A DNA stretch of 64,000 bases. Source: Octopus vulgaris. Taxonomy: Eukaryota. Of this stretch, positions 51,081-64,000 are shown in pieces. The stretch covers positions 62,124,001-62,188,000 of the forward strand of contig OX597814.1 of assembly GCA_951406725.2 (NCBI GenBank), in the 5' to 3' direction. Position 1 is the first letter of the stretch. Each line of letters starts with the position of its first letter. Both the position numbers and the translations under genes were made by a program. The notes under the pieces were generated by a model. That model saw only the letters and a list, made by a program, of their open reading frames with translations, had not been told where the DNA came from and made no database searches.

Positions 51081-54000
51081 AATATCTGATACATTAGACA
51101 GTTGTACTATAACTAATGGTAGTTATTACTAAGAGTATTCCTTTCAGATAATATCTGAAACTAGTGCAAAGAAAGGAAATCATATAAATATATAAAAAAA
51201 TGAAAAAATCTCAATTCTAAATCACAACTTCCTTTAAGATGGTAACTATTTTGTCACAACTCTACTTTCTATAACTGGCAGAGACAGATTAGAATAGGTT
51301 ACTGCTACATCTGTGTTAGATTTCAATAGCTCAACATTTTCAATGTGGAATCATATTCATATGAAATGTAATTACTCTACCAAATTTACTTTTGGCACAG
51401 TACTCATGATCAAGTTCAAATCTTAAGTCAATTTGAGTTGGAGCCATTCAATCACTTCAATTTCAGTTGGTATATTGAACTTCTGTTGGGACAACTACAT
51501 CAACAACAATTGGTGCTGTGTTTACTACAATTCTACTTTTCACAGAATTTAGATATTAATTCTGACAGTAGAAAAATAACTATGACATGTAAGCTGAGAA
51601 GGTGACATGTTGTCTATGCAGTTGATACTTTTTATAGCATAAACAAAACTTATTTAAGGTCAACAAGTAGATGAACTAGATTCTAAGAGGCCAACTCTAA
51701 GAAGCTAGCTTGGAGTATTTCTATATGTGAAAAGACAAGTGGAAAGTGAGAGACAGAAAATCAAGTTGAGAAAGTAGGCCACAAAACTAAGAAATAACAA
51801 CACATACATCAACCTTAGAAAACATGAATGTTCCATATCAAAAAAACAACTGAATGGTGTCAATTTTAATGCCACTGGATAGAAAGACAGAATAATAATG
51901 ACAATGATGAAAAAAGAGAACAAAATGAATGGCAGAAAGAAAGGAAGAAATGTTAAAATGTTAAAGCAGAATCATTCTATAAAAAAGAATGTTGACACCA
52001 CTTTCTGTCCAAATAATTATCCTTAAAAAAGATACCAAATTTGGTAAGAGGCTATTTAGGAAATAAGTACCAGTTAATTATTCAATATACGTTTAATTTG
52101 AAGCAAACACTTTAAATCAATATACAATTATATTGTATGAAAAGCAGCTTCTGTTTTGCTTTGTTCAAAAGCATTTTTAAACATCAAAGCTAGAATGTTA
52201 TTAGTAATTCATTAACACAGCTTATAAAGTGAGTTAGCAATACAATTAAAATAGACAAAGAAAACAAGCTTCATCAGCTATTATACTAACATATGCTTAA
52301 CATTTGAAAAAGAAATATCTACACAGGTATATGAATGACAACAAATACAATAATTAAACATTTGTACAAACAACAGGTAAGCTCTAAAGTTATGCAGGCA
52401 GGGAGGAAATTAAAAAGAATACATACAAAACAGAAAAGCATTTCAGGTCAATAAAAATAAATCCTATTTTTGGAAGAGTCATCTTTGACCACAAATTAAA
52501 ACACAAGCACTAGGAATTATAATTATTAACTTAAAATGAAAAAATAAGTGAAAATGATTTATTAATAATCAATATTTTATTAATAGCTGAAGGATGAATG
52601 GCAAAGTCAACTCCAGTAGGAATAAAATTCTGAACATATTCTGCAGTGATGCAGCCATTCACAGCCCTAAAGAAGTAAATACTAATAATAATAATATCAT
52701 TGAGTGTTTTAATTATTGATGAAGGTGATTCTTCCAAAAATACAACTGATACAGGATTTCTGGGTAAAATTTTCTTGCCAACCATAAAAAGACATTATGC
52801 AATAGAAACATATTTGACTAAATTAAACATTTCCAATTGATTAAAAATTTAATTAGAAGGGGAGTAGCAACATTTTTAACTAGTAACCATCAAAAAAGGA
52901 TAAATATGATTTTGTTGTTGTTGTAGTAATTGTTGTAGTTTATTTTTTACTAGTATTGATTTCTTAATAATAATTAAAATAAGAACAAAATAATAGTAAT
53001 AAATTAACTCCTAATATATGATTTTAGTCAGTAATATAAATTTATAAACTATACTTCTATTCAATCTAGATTTAGCTATTTCATGAACTTTTAATAAGTA
53101 AAAGACCAAATTATGTTCTCTGGACTTGATAATATTGTCCCAAAAAGATTCCGGAGTAAATCTACAAATATTAAAACACAAATATATATATATATATCAT
53201 CATCATCATTTAACGTCCGCTTTCCATGCTAGCATGGGTTGGACGGTTCAACTGGGGTCTGGGGAGCCCGAAGGCTGCACCAGGCCAGTCATATATATAT
53301 ATATATAAAACAATAAACATTACACTGATGCAGTTGTGTAAACAAGCACTACCTTTCAGTTAAAACATGATGTGAAAGATAATATATGACCAAAAAATGA
53401 AGTATAAGAAAGTGTGCATGCACTGTATTGGAATAAACTGTAGATTTAAAAAATATAATAGTCCTGATGAGTGACAACAAGAGAATAGAATCAACAATAT
53501 TGTGGGAGAAAGAAGTGTTGTGAATCAAAGCAGATATTTTAGATGTGCAAAGGAGAATCTCTCTGAGTTCAAAAGTCAAAGTTATCCTACTTTTGAGAAT
53601 ACAGGTGGAAAGGAAGCCAAATTTCCAAACGAGATGCACTGTAGGGAAGAAGAAACAACCACAGATCAGGAAAGAATTTTAGATAATGAGATAATTAGAT
53701 GTGGATCAGTTTTGGGAGAGAAACGATTTCAACAGATATTTTAATTTACTTAACAATACAATAAACATTTAAAAGATCAATACCAAGTTTACCTAAAGGA
53801 TTTTTCAGCTAAATTTTTTGATATTACCATTGACTTAGATCAACAATATTTTATTAACAGATTATTCTTTTTGACATCTGTATATTACAACAATATATTT
53901 CTATGACCTGCTAGCAGAAGTGTGTGACAGCCCAAACCATTCTTTACACATTTGTGAAGGTGAAATATAGTAGATAGTATTCAGTTATACCAACTGACAT

Positions 54001-57000
54001 CAAAAGTTAAGAAGCATTATTTAAAACCCTATCTTGTATAATAGGGTCTATTTGATTATAAGAATCGTATATTTTAAAACAGAAACAGTAACTATCATGA
54101 AATAACCATCTACAAAGAGAAATTTCAATTTTATCCAAAATTTAAATAAACTTTTAAAACAATAAAATTTTTATAATTCAACTCATACTGTTTCCACAAA
54201 CCATAAATTCAAACTGAATGCAAGAATCATATCTACTATCAAGACAGAGCAAGTTGCTTAAAGTCATTAATACTTCTCTAGAGTAAATATATTTTTCAAA
54301 CAAAACTCATGCAAAAAAACTTGACACAAAACATACAGCTTATTTTTTTACTACATTTCAATCTGAAACTATATCATTTAAGAACAGAAGTTTAATTTTA
54401 CTGATTCAGTTTGTATGAAAACAATCTCATGCAATATTCAAAACCTTACACCAAATTCAGCAGATGAAATTTTTATTGTACCATAAAATATAAAATGTAG
54501 CTATAGTGTAATGAAAATTAAGATTTATTATCAATGAAAATTGAAGTATAATAGCCTATTCGTTGCTATAAAGTAATACTTAGAGTAGCAAATATTTTAT
54601 AATGTGTCCACATCTAAAAAAAATAACTAATACAAATAAGAAACCATAGAAAACAATTATAAAGATGGTTGTAAATGAATAAATAAAAAGACCTATGCTG
54701 AAAGCAAAAAAAAAAAAAGGAACTAAGTGATTAATCAAAATTCTATTCTGTAAATACAATACAAGGGAACTGAAGTCATAAGAATTTGCAATTTTAGTTT
54801 AAAACTTAAAAGATGATTCCCTTTCAGTTAGGATAATATATCTATTCATTAGATTAATATTACAACAGAGCTTTGAAAAGAAATAAACATTTGCAAAATT
54901 TCATTAAAAGACTATCAAGTTTCTGATATCTAATGGTCAAAGCAAGTTATTTTCTAACTCACCATAATGACTCTAATACCTTATAAGACATGAATTTACC
55001 GTTATTCTAACTAAATAACTTATTTTCTACTGAGTTTGATGACAAATATAAATAAAAACATGATCTAAACATCCAAAAGATAGAAATCAAATCAACAACA
55101 GTTTGAAGATTTGCTACAGAAATTTTCAAGAAATCATGAAGTATATATAATTCTTAATGGTTTTGAGAAAAAAACTATTTCCCACAATGATTCAATAAGG
55201 AATTTTTCTTTTCTCAATGGACATTCTTTTTTGGTTCATTATATGACTTTGTCAATTTTCTCTAATTGCCAAAGTTTTATTAAGGAGTTATAAATATAAC
55301 CTTCCCCTTTACAATTCTTAAAAGCAGGCTTCTCATGGAGAGGTAGAACTGACCAAGTTAATGTTATGCTGGATTACTACAGTAAAGGTTGATGGTGCAT
55401 ATATCATATACCTTGTGATCAACATATTTAATTCTCGCAGGCCAAGTTTAGTTTGCTCTAAACACAAACTTTAAGTAGGTACAGTTCTATGCTGTAATCC
55501 ATGTATAATTCATAATTTATTAACCTACTCTGCTGAGCTGAAGTTCAAGCTATTTGAGTAAAGTTACCAGAATGCTGCTCAGACTAGCCTTTCTAATCAA
55601 TTAGCAATTCCAATCGATTGAGGGTTCTAGTTTTGATTAAGGGTTGTACAGAATGGCTGATATGCAACAGTCCATGTACCACTGTTAGGTGGATATATAC
55701 TGATCTTTACTTTATTATTAAATCTGATTATGTAATGACTGATACGTAAAATATTTTATGCTAAGTTCAACTTATGACATCCAGTCATCTACTACAATGG
55801 ATTTCACAACAATGACAGTTTGAAATAAAACTAAACTTTCATATCAGACACAACCCAAGGTATGTGACATTGCTTGTTTCTCAATGAGAATCCCACTAAC
55901 TTCAAAGTTGTCAGCAATCTTAATTACTTTCAGTAATTCTTCTGATATGACACTTTCATGATTCTCTTCTATGATGATTTAAAGCTCTCTAACATTTTTA
56001 CTTACAATATACTGCATTTATACATGTATAAATACAGGAAAATTAATAAAAAAAAACCCACCAGAATCAAAATTGGAGAATAACATTATACACAAGTTTA
56101 AAAAAGAAAAGGATATAATATATTATTGATTATTTTTTAGGCACAAAAAATGGAGGTTGCATTATATTTGAGATCACATTGTCCTCAAGTAAATATGGTT
56201 TGTCATATAGTTTCTTATAAGTTAATAAAAATAGTGAATTAATCAAAGCAATATGTGGTTTATATTTCCAGTTGTGTGAAACAAACTGTTATTCATAATT
56301 ACTATATCTTCTGTTGTTTCTTATTTCATTTTAATTTTTTGAAACAATATTCATAGTATGGTTGACTATAAAGAAAATGAATGGAAACTTGTACCCCACC
56401 CAACACTTTACTGTTGCTGTTTTTTAACAATAACTCATAACATCTATGGAGAGTGAAGTCAGGTGATAGTAAACTTGCAGTAAACTGAGCTTAAAACTTG
56501 GATTCTCTTCTCAGTTGATGATATTTTCACTTCATATCACTAACAACAATGAGAACATCATCTCAACTCCCTTTTGCCTCTTTGTTGACAATAATTCTGT
56601 ATTCTTATTTAATTGTGGGTGCTGTTTTCAATGACACTGTATCTGTGTAAGGGAGCTAGTGCACTAGACTGATTTTCCATTACTGTCTCCAGAAAGATGC
56701 TAAGTCAAAAATTCAGTGACTGATCTTCATTGAAATTATTGAAATATTGATTACAAGAGAATGAGGTTCTAGATTTGTTTTAGCAAATGGCAAAATATTT
56801 GTTTCATTCTCAATTCAGTCAGTAATGTAAAACAGTAAGAACTGGGATTGTCAGAAACATCTTTCTACTCTATGACTCTTAACTTTAATTTTTGTTGAAG
56901 TAAATTTGTTGATCACGAAAAACCTGTTACCTTGATCTATAAATTTCACTAAGATTTTTCTACTTTGTCTCTTCTATACTTCTGTAATGAAACTTAATCA

Positions 57001-57045
57001 CAGTTCAAGTTGAACATACAGGCCTCTTCTTCATATTCATTTTGT

Positions 57046-58272
57046 ATGAGGCTTGTTCTAAAAGTAATACAAAAGTGGGCATAACATTTTATTAACTGAT
57101 GTAAGTTGTTCGGATTGAACATGCTGGTAGAGTGACTCTACCTCTACACAAAAGTACTAATCAACATAGTCTTCATCACAAGTGATGCATTTGCACCATT
57201 GTTGGACCCAAATCTCAAATCCTCTTTGAAAAGACTTCTATCCACTTCTTCACACATTCACCTCCTCTGTCATAAAATCTCTGTTCCCAAAGACTGTTTT
57301 CCATTGGACTGGAGAGGTGGAAGTCAGTGGGTGCCAGATCTGGGCTGTACAGTGGATGTAGATCAATAACCAGCCCAATTTACCAGTTGCTGGATTTATT
57401 ACTGAAAATGGGTGTAGTAGAGCATTGTCAAAGTGGATATGGATTGTTTTCAGGTTCTTGTTTGCTTTCTTTTTCCTAATCCATTTTCTATGCTTTTTGA
57501 AAGTCTTAGTGTACTGATCACTGTTCAAGGTACCGCAATGTTCAAGAAAATCAAGGAGAATGACACCCTTGTCATCCCAAAAACAGTGACCATAACTTTC
57601 TGCACCAATTCCTGGTTCTTGAATTTCAAAGACCTTGGAGGAAACGTGTGGTGCCATTCCTTCATTTCCTGATTACAAAGGAACCCTAACATTTCATCTC
57701 CTGTCACCAGATAAGAATAAAATATCATTGTTAGTTTCAAAAACTTCCAGCAGATAAAAACTAACTTCCACCCTTTTCTCTTTTGAATCAGGTGTTAAGT
57801 ACTGAAGCACAAACTTTACAATACCCAGTCTTCAGCCATCTTCTGTAATGCATTGCAGCCAGAGTCCAGTTGTAGAGCTAGCTCAAAAATTATGACTCAT
57901 CTGTCTGCATTAATCACTTTGTCTACTCACTGTAGACAATGGTTGCAGTTCTTTAGTTTCCCCACTGTGTGGTTGGTATTCAATACTTTAAACCTTTTCA
58001 TCCATTTGTGTATATTGCTCTTATTAACGATATCATCTCTAAACAACATGTGGCTTTCTGTAGTTGTCGAACAGTCTGCAACCCACTTTGTCAAGAATTT
58101 AATGACAGCACATTGCTTATGCTTAGAACCCATTATTTACCAGCAATAAAGAACAGGAAAAAGAGTAACTACAGAAAAAGAGTTGCTCTACCATTATGTG
58201 CAATTTGAACAACCTACATCAGTTACTAAGAAAGTTATGCTCATTTTTGTTATACTCTCTTCTGAAGCCTGC
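57046..58272 (-). mobile_element. Degenerate mariner transposon
   Basis: Frames MGSKHKQCAVIKFL, LVTGDE, KVMVTVF, FWDDKGVILLDFL, HFDNALLH; about 1.2 kb. Confidence 0.85.
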
Positions 58273-58959
58273 ACCAAGTAGGACAGAGTTCTCTGGTGAT
58301 TACTCCTCTGTGGATGCCCATTCTTTTACATGTTTTTTTAGTACACTAACCTCATCTCTAACTGCACCAACATTGCAAACAGTCCATTCTTACTCAGCTG
58401 TGAGAGCTTTTTTGTCTTTCAAATTACTTGAACTCTCTAATTCTGGAACCATGAAAAAAGCACCTGCTACACTCAATAAAATAGTTGGTGTTAGGAAGGG
58501 CGTCCAGCCATAGAAACACCTGTCAAAGCAGACACTGGAGTTTGAAGCAACCCTGGGACTTGTCAGATCATATCAAACTGTCCTGCACATACCAGCATAG
58601 AAGGTAAATGCTAAATGATGATGATGATTTCAGGAAGAGAGAAATCTTACAGGATATCAGAAATATACCTTTCTTGAAATAACTGATTAAAAAAAGGGCA
58701 GTCAAATTCAATTTTTTAAAAGCATTTGAAGTCATGAAACAAAGGCTGGTTCATCAATGAATACTGAGAACAGTTTCCTTCATTAAATGTTGAATGAAAA
58801 TAAAGTGAATGGTAAATGATTACACATTATTTTGTTATATATCTCTTCGTTGACAGTCCTCTGCACACAATTAGTTTAGCATAATTTTTTTTTCATAGAA
58901 GGATTTGTATCATACATAGATGGATTTGTATCATTTTTCATAGATGGATTTGTATCATG

Positions 58960-60245
58960 ATTTCATGTGCATCAGTCTTACACCGCTTTGTCTGTGAGAC
59001 CTAGTGTTCTCAAGTTTGGATTCATCATGTCCTTATATCATTTCCCTAATCTAATTCCCCTACAAATCCCAACCCCACACCATGAAGTAATAGTTCATAT
59101 GTTTTCTTTTTCCATGCTTGCAAGAGTTTAACTGGTTTTCTCAAGCACTAATTGTCACTCATTGCAGTCACCTATCATCTCTTCCATGAAACTCAATCTT
59201 CTTCCACAGGTTCCTTCCATTTGGACTGTTTGCCATCCTCCATATGCATCACATGTCTATACCAACATAGACTTCACTTTCACACACTACACCTAATTTT
59301 TCTTACACTCAGTTTTTCTCTCAGCACATTTGTGCTCCACTTCATGCACACTATCATTATATATGTAACAGAGCATTTCTACCGTTTTCTTTTCTAGTCT
59401 TTATATATTTCCTTCTGAGGGATAATCCTTTTATTACAAGTAATAGCTCCAAGAACTTTTCCTATTATATTCTTACTATGAGTACACTGCTTTCAAAACA
59501 CCAGCTTCACTACTAATCTAAGAGAGTCTTCCAAGTAATTGAAAGCAATTATTTCACCGGGTGCTCTTACTGCTATGCAACTATTACATCTTCTCCATCA
59601 ATCTGCTTATGATCCCTATGAAACCCTTGTTCAATCATAGTTGCCACTGAGTACACTTTATGGAATTCCTACAACTCTTTCTCTATATATTCTGGATAGC
59701 AGTAGACCCCTGTGTTCTTTTACTTACTAAAACCCTTTGTCTTTGGTATATTTACTTTGTGGCTTCTTGATTCTAGTTTTTGCTTCTACACTTCAAATTT
59801 CTAGCTCATTGATATGTAGCAGTTCTGGAGTCTCATTTTGCTATGGAACCTCTATTCAAGTCTTGCATGAATTTCATATGCCATTCATTTACACTTTGTT
59901 TTCATAGTGACCATTAGACTACAGAATATGGTACCTTGTCAAATGTCTTCTCCAGGTCAACAAATATAAGGTATACTGGCTTGCTCTAAACTGAGAACTT
60001 ACCCTGCAGCTGCATCAAAAGGAAGAGGATATTATGTTCTACCACAAACTGTAATTCATCTCATCTGAGCTAATTCTGCTCCTAATCTTTCCTGTTCCTA
60101 ATTCTTTGTCATTTTCATAACTTAGTTCATTAATTTAATACCCCTGTAGTTGTATCTTTTTAGAGTATCTTCTTAGGCCTTGTAGCAATTGACGATAATA
60201 CTACTACACCAATCATTGGCTATGACATCTTTCTGTATTACCAGT
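58960..60245 (-). mobile_element. Highly degenerate RTE LINE RT region
   Basis: The minus strand has remnants of the Y.FVDLEK.FD RT motif (~59935-59975) and RTE C-terminal-like segments, with many stops. Confidence 0.6.
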
Positions 60246-61658
60246 TTGACTCGGAGTCTATACCAGGACAGTCAATTTTTACATTTAGCCAGTTTCTCAA
60301 TTGCGTGCACATGTGCAGGCATGTGTGAATATGTGTGTGTGTATTTATACACATGTACATGCAGGAGTGCATATCAGAAAACAGCATTGAGATATTGATT
60401 ATAAGAGGTATCTACATTTACAACAATTCAATTGAAAAATGATGAAAAAAAATAAACAAAACAAAAGCAATCATAAAAAGACCCCACTACCAAAGATATT
60501 CATGCAAAATATGAAAAACATACATTCTTTGAATTTCAGGTTCTGTTTGAATGGACACTAAAAATTTGATTACTAATGTTGTTAAGTTGTTACACTACAC
60601 AGGTATCAACAATGGTTATCCAGTGACTAGTTTAATATGCCAACATTTTTTTTTAGTTACATATTCTTATCATGGACATTTATTAATAATATTGCTTTAA
60701 GATGAGAAATTATATCTTTGAGCCCATCAGTTAGATATTTTTTAAAAATTAAATACATCAGAATAGAGATTTAACTCAAACAGATACAAAACCTGAATCA
60801 AATAAGCAACAACTTATTTCAATGGATGTAAGAAATATGAAATCAATATCTATCTTATACACATGCAACTTATTAGAATTGTGATAGTAGGAATAATAAT
60901 GAGGTATCAGAAAATATTCTTTTTTTAATTTTAAATGTTAACATTTAAAAAACTTTCAGAAATATTAACATTTAAAGAGGAGTAGAGAAAATGTAGCATG
61001 CAAGGAAGCAAAATGAATTGTCAGTTTTTGCTTAATTCTATTTTATAATTTAGCAATGAAGATCTTTGCTAGAAAATATAAATTGACTGAACAAGAAATT
61101 AATTACCAATGAGTTCATTTTTATAAGAATCTAAATCTTATTGCTTATTCTGTCAACTATATCTCTTTTTGAGATGTAAGGAATATACTTGTTACCTACA
61201 TACAATATCAAAATTTCAATTTATAAACCAGATATTGGAATATGATATTAAAGGACTTTTGAAATATAATCTGGAGTTTTCATGTCTCCAATAAATGTAT
61301 TTCTCTTTGTTTGATTCATTAATAGAAATTAAAAAACTCAATCTTAGATAATTTCAAGATAATCAAATTAGCACTAATATATTTACACATAAATAAGGTG
61401 AGTTTTTTTTAAAATTATTATATATAATAGAAAAGAAAAGCATTAAATTTGAAAAATCTGCAGAATTCTAATCTAATACAGGTTACTGATGTTATACAAA
61501 CTTATGTTTTTGTTATTGGAAAATGAATTGGGTAAGTGAGGTGAAAGCAAAGTAGGAGAAGTGACATTAAAAGGATGCTTTAGTGTTTACGACTCAACTA
61601 TTAAGGTAAACCAGAGACATGACAACAAAGAAAGAAACATCAAAGATAGACAAAAAAC

Positions 61659-61727
61659 CTCAGTTTTTCCTCCAACCAGATTGATCGCTGATGGACCAGC
61701 AGCATGTGCACCAAACGTTTGAGGTTG
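61659..61727 (-). CDS. RHOT1: Probable Miro internal exon (69 nt, phase 2-2)
   Basis: tttctttttgcag| c AAC...CTG ag |gttttt; reads (x)NLKRLVHMLLVHQRSIWLEEKL(R) and joins in frame to 49380 (AG|A = Arg). Confidence 0.55.
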
Positions 61728-63008
61728 CTGCAAAAAGAAACCAAAGAGAGGGCTAAAACACACAGGCAGCTCACTTAATCCTGACAAGTGAAAACCATTA
61801 CAAACGAAAACATTTTTTTAAATGACAAATGGGGGGAAATGATAAAGGAAGAAAGGGAAAATGAAATATATATTTATACAAAAAAAAGTCAACTGCATGA
61901 AAATAGCACTACATAGTATGAAAAAAAGTGAAGAGAACTGATTAATGCAAATTATTAGAAATGGAAACACAATGCTAAGAAGAGATAATGTTGCTGTTAA
62001 CTACTTAGATGTTTTTAAAACTAAAACAAAAAAAAACTTTTTGTTTCATTGGGGAATTGTATGTGCTTGTTTGTTTTAAAGGCAATATATAGTTTGATGA
62101 AGTGTTTCTATAGTCAAATGGAACAAAACTGAACAATAACAAAACTTAAACTTCAAGACTGAACAAAATAAATCTTGAAGTAATGAAATTGATTTCATTA
62201 CTGAAAAAGAGGACTATAATTAGCAGAAAAAGAATTTTCAATAAAATATATATATTAACAGTTGAACATAGAAAAAAAAACCCATTAAAACACAAATTAA
62301 AAACCCTTGTATTTTGTCCAACTTCTTTTTTCACTAGAAATTCAAATATTAAGTAGTGACAATAAAATAATAGTAGCTGCAATAATAGATAAGTTAATGA
62401 ATAAAACAGATTAGTTAATTTTTAATTATTTCTAAAAAGTACAGGTTTTCAGTTATTGAACATATTTGACTTTGAAATTGTTTATAACTGAAGTTCTTAT
62501 ACTCAATATTGTTCTCAAAAGAGAGAAAATAAATGAAAGGTAATTAAAAAGAAAAAACTCAAGTCTCAAACAAATATAACAGGAACATGAAACAAGCTTA
62601 GGCAAGAAACACAAACAAAAAAAAAGGCCAAAAAGAGAAAGATTCTTTGATTCCCTAAGTACCAAAATACTGAAGATGAGATAATTATTATTCAATGTAA
62701 ATGGTTTCATAAATGCTAAAATTAGAAAAATGCCTCTTACATGACCTCATTGTTATCTCACAACTGATTTAATTTTTACCCAATAAGCTTGCTAATTCAT
62801 CTTTGCAGCTATACAAAAAGATATAGCCAGGAGACTGAGATACTTTAGCTTGTAAAGTATTTCTAAGTTTGAATAAAGTACATCTAATTCATGAACAGTA
62901 AAAAAGTAAACAAGCCCAAATGTATTACTTCCTATAATACTCTTTCACAATCTCTAAGATATATTTCTCCTAATTGTAACTTATATGTAAATCCAATTAT
63001 TGACAAAT

Positions 63009-63225
63009 TTAACCCATTAGCGTTTAAACTGGCCATAGCTGACCCAAACATTGTACATGCTTTATGTTCAAACCAGCCTGATCTGGCCTCTCACACCTAC
63101 CTACAATGTCATTCTGAAAATAAACAATCACCTCATCGAAAACCTGAAGCCATCATATATTGTATGATTAATTCAGGACAATGGTAAATAAGCATTACAT
63201 TTGACAGAGAATGTTAAAGAATTAA
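63009..63225. mobile_element. piggyBac-type MITE (same family as 22387-22599); a further partial copy at ~63430-63628
   Basis: TTAA|cccattagc ... ttaaagaa|TTAA; internal sequence matches the 22.4-kb copy. Confidence 0.7.
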
Positions 63226-64000
63226 GTGAAAACTAAATCAGATCAAAATGACAGCAAAAGAAAAACCTAGATTTTCAATTTTAGGGGCACTCTTTTCTAA
63301 AATACAAGATTATTAGCCTGGAAATCTCAACACACTCAATAATTTCTCTCAAAATATTTCTGTGACAACTCATATTCTTATATATTAGTATAGACTACAA
63401 TAATGGTTTTCTGTAGATCATAATACTAACTGTGGAGCCAAAATATTCTACTTGTTTTATGTTCAAACTGGCTAGATCTAGCCTCTTGCACCTACTCTAC
63501 AATGTCATTGTAAAACTAAACAAGTACACCATCAAAATCTTGAAGATACAAGATAATGCATGATTAATTCAAAATGTGAATAAAAACACATTACATTCAA
63601 GAGAGTAATTTAAATGCTAAAGAGTTAAAATACAACTAGATTAAAATAAAGACCATTAAAATAAAAATTTATATCACACACAGAAATAATATTAAAAAAG
63701 AAAAAGAAGTTAAGAAATCTCAGTTTTTGTGGAACTGCTTATCCAAATAACAATTTATAGCTACTTTCATCAATATAGTTTTGAATAAATTAAAAGAAAA
63801 TGTGAATGTAAAATCTAAAAATTTAAAACAGTTTGTCTTATGCCAACTTGTTAAATGCATTAAAGTTATTTTTACTTTCTTAATGTGTAAAGACATACTG
63901 CACCTAAACTCCTTGTGTTTTTCTTATGAAATAAAGAAAAGCCTTGATATTAACTTAAATTCTATCCAAACTCGGGGCAGAAATAACACAGTTCAATAAT

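Overview
This is AT-rich, repeat-dense eukaryotic genomic DNA. The SINE/LINE families and microsatellite load suggest an octopus (coleoid cephalopod), which is an inference. Two convergent nuclear genes for mitochondrial proteins are visible. (1) A complete 5-exon glycine cleavage system H protein gene (GCSH, + strand, CDS 11910-12036, 23348-23427, 33818-33881, 37683-37814, 41121-41218; 501 nt, 166 aa). (2) The 3' end of a probable mitochondrial Rho GTPase (Miro/RHOT, - strand): a tail-anchor terminal exon at 49263-49380 and a 69-nt in-frame exon at 61659-61727, with the rest of the gene beyond the window. Most of the remainder is transposon debris: RTE and Tx1/L1-like LINEs, tRNA-derived SINEs, mariners, a Buster-type hAT and MITE, piggyBac-type MITEs, non-autonomous Helitrons and microsatellites, plus a 100-N gap. 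The most notable unannotated signal is a set of type I hammerhead-ribozyme motifs in short elements mostly lying next to microsatellites. One (27253-27376) has an intact core and an unusually long stem II, and lies on the sense strand of GCSH intron 2. Most ORFs in the supplied track are microsatellite or repeat artefacts. Repeat boundaries are approximate unless termini are quoted.
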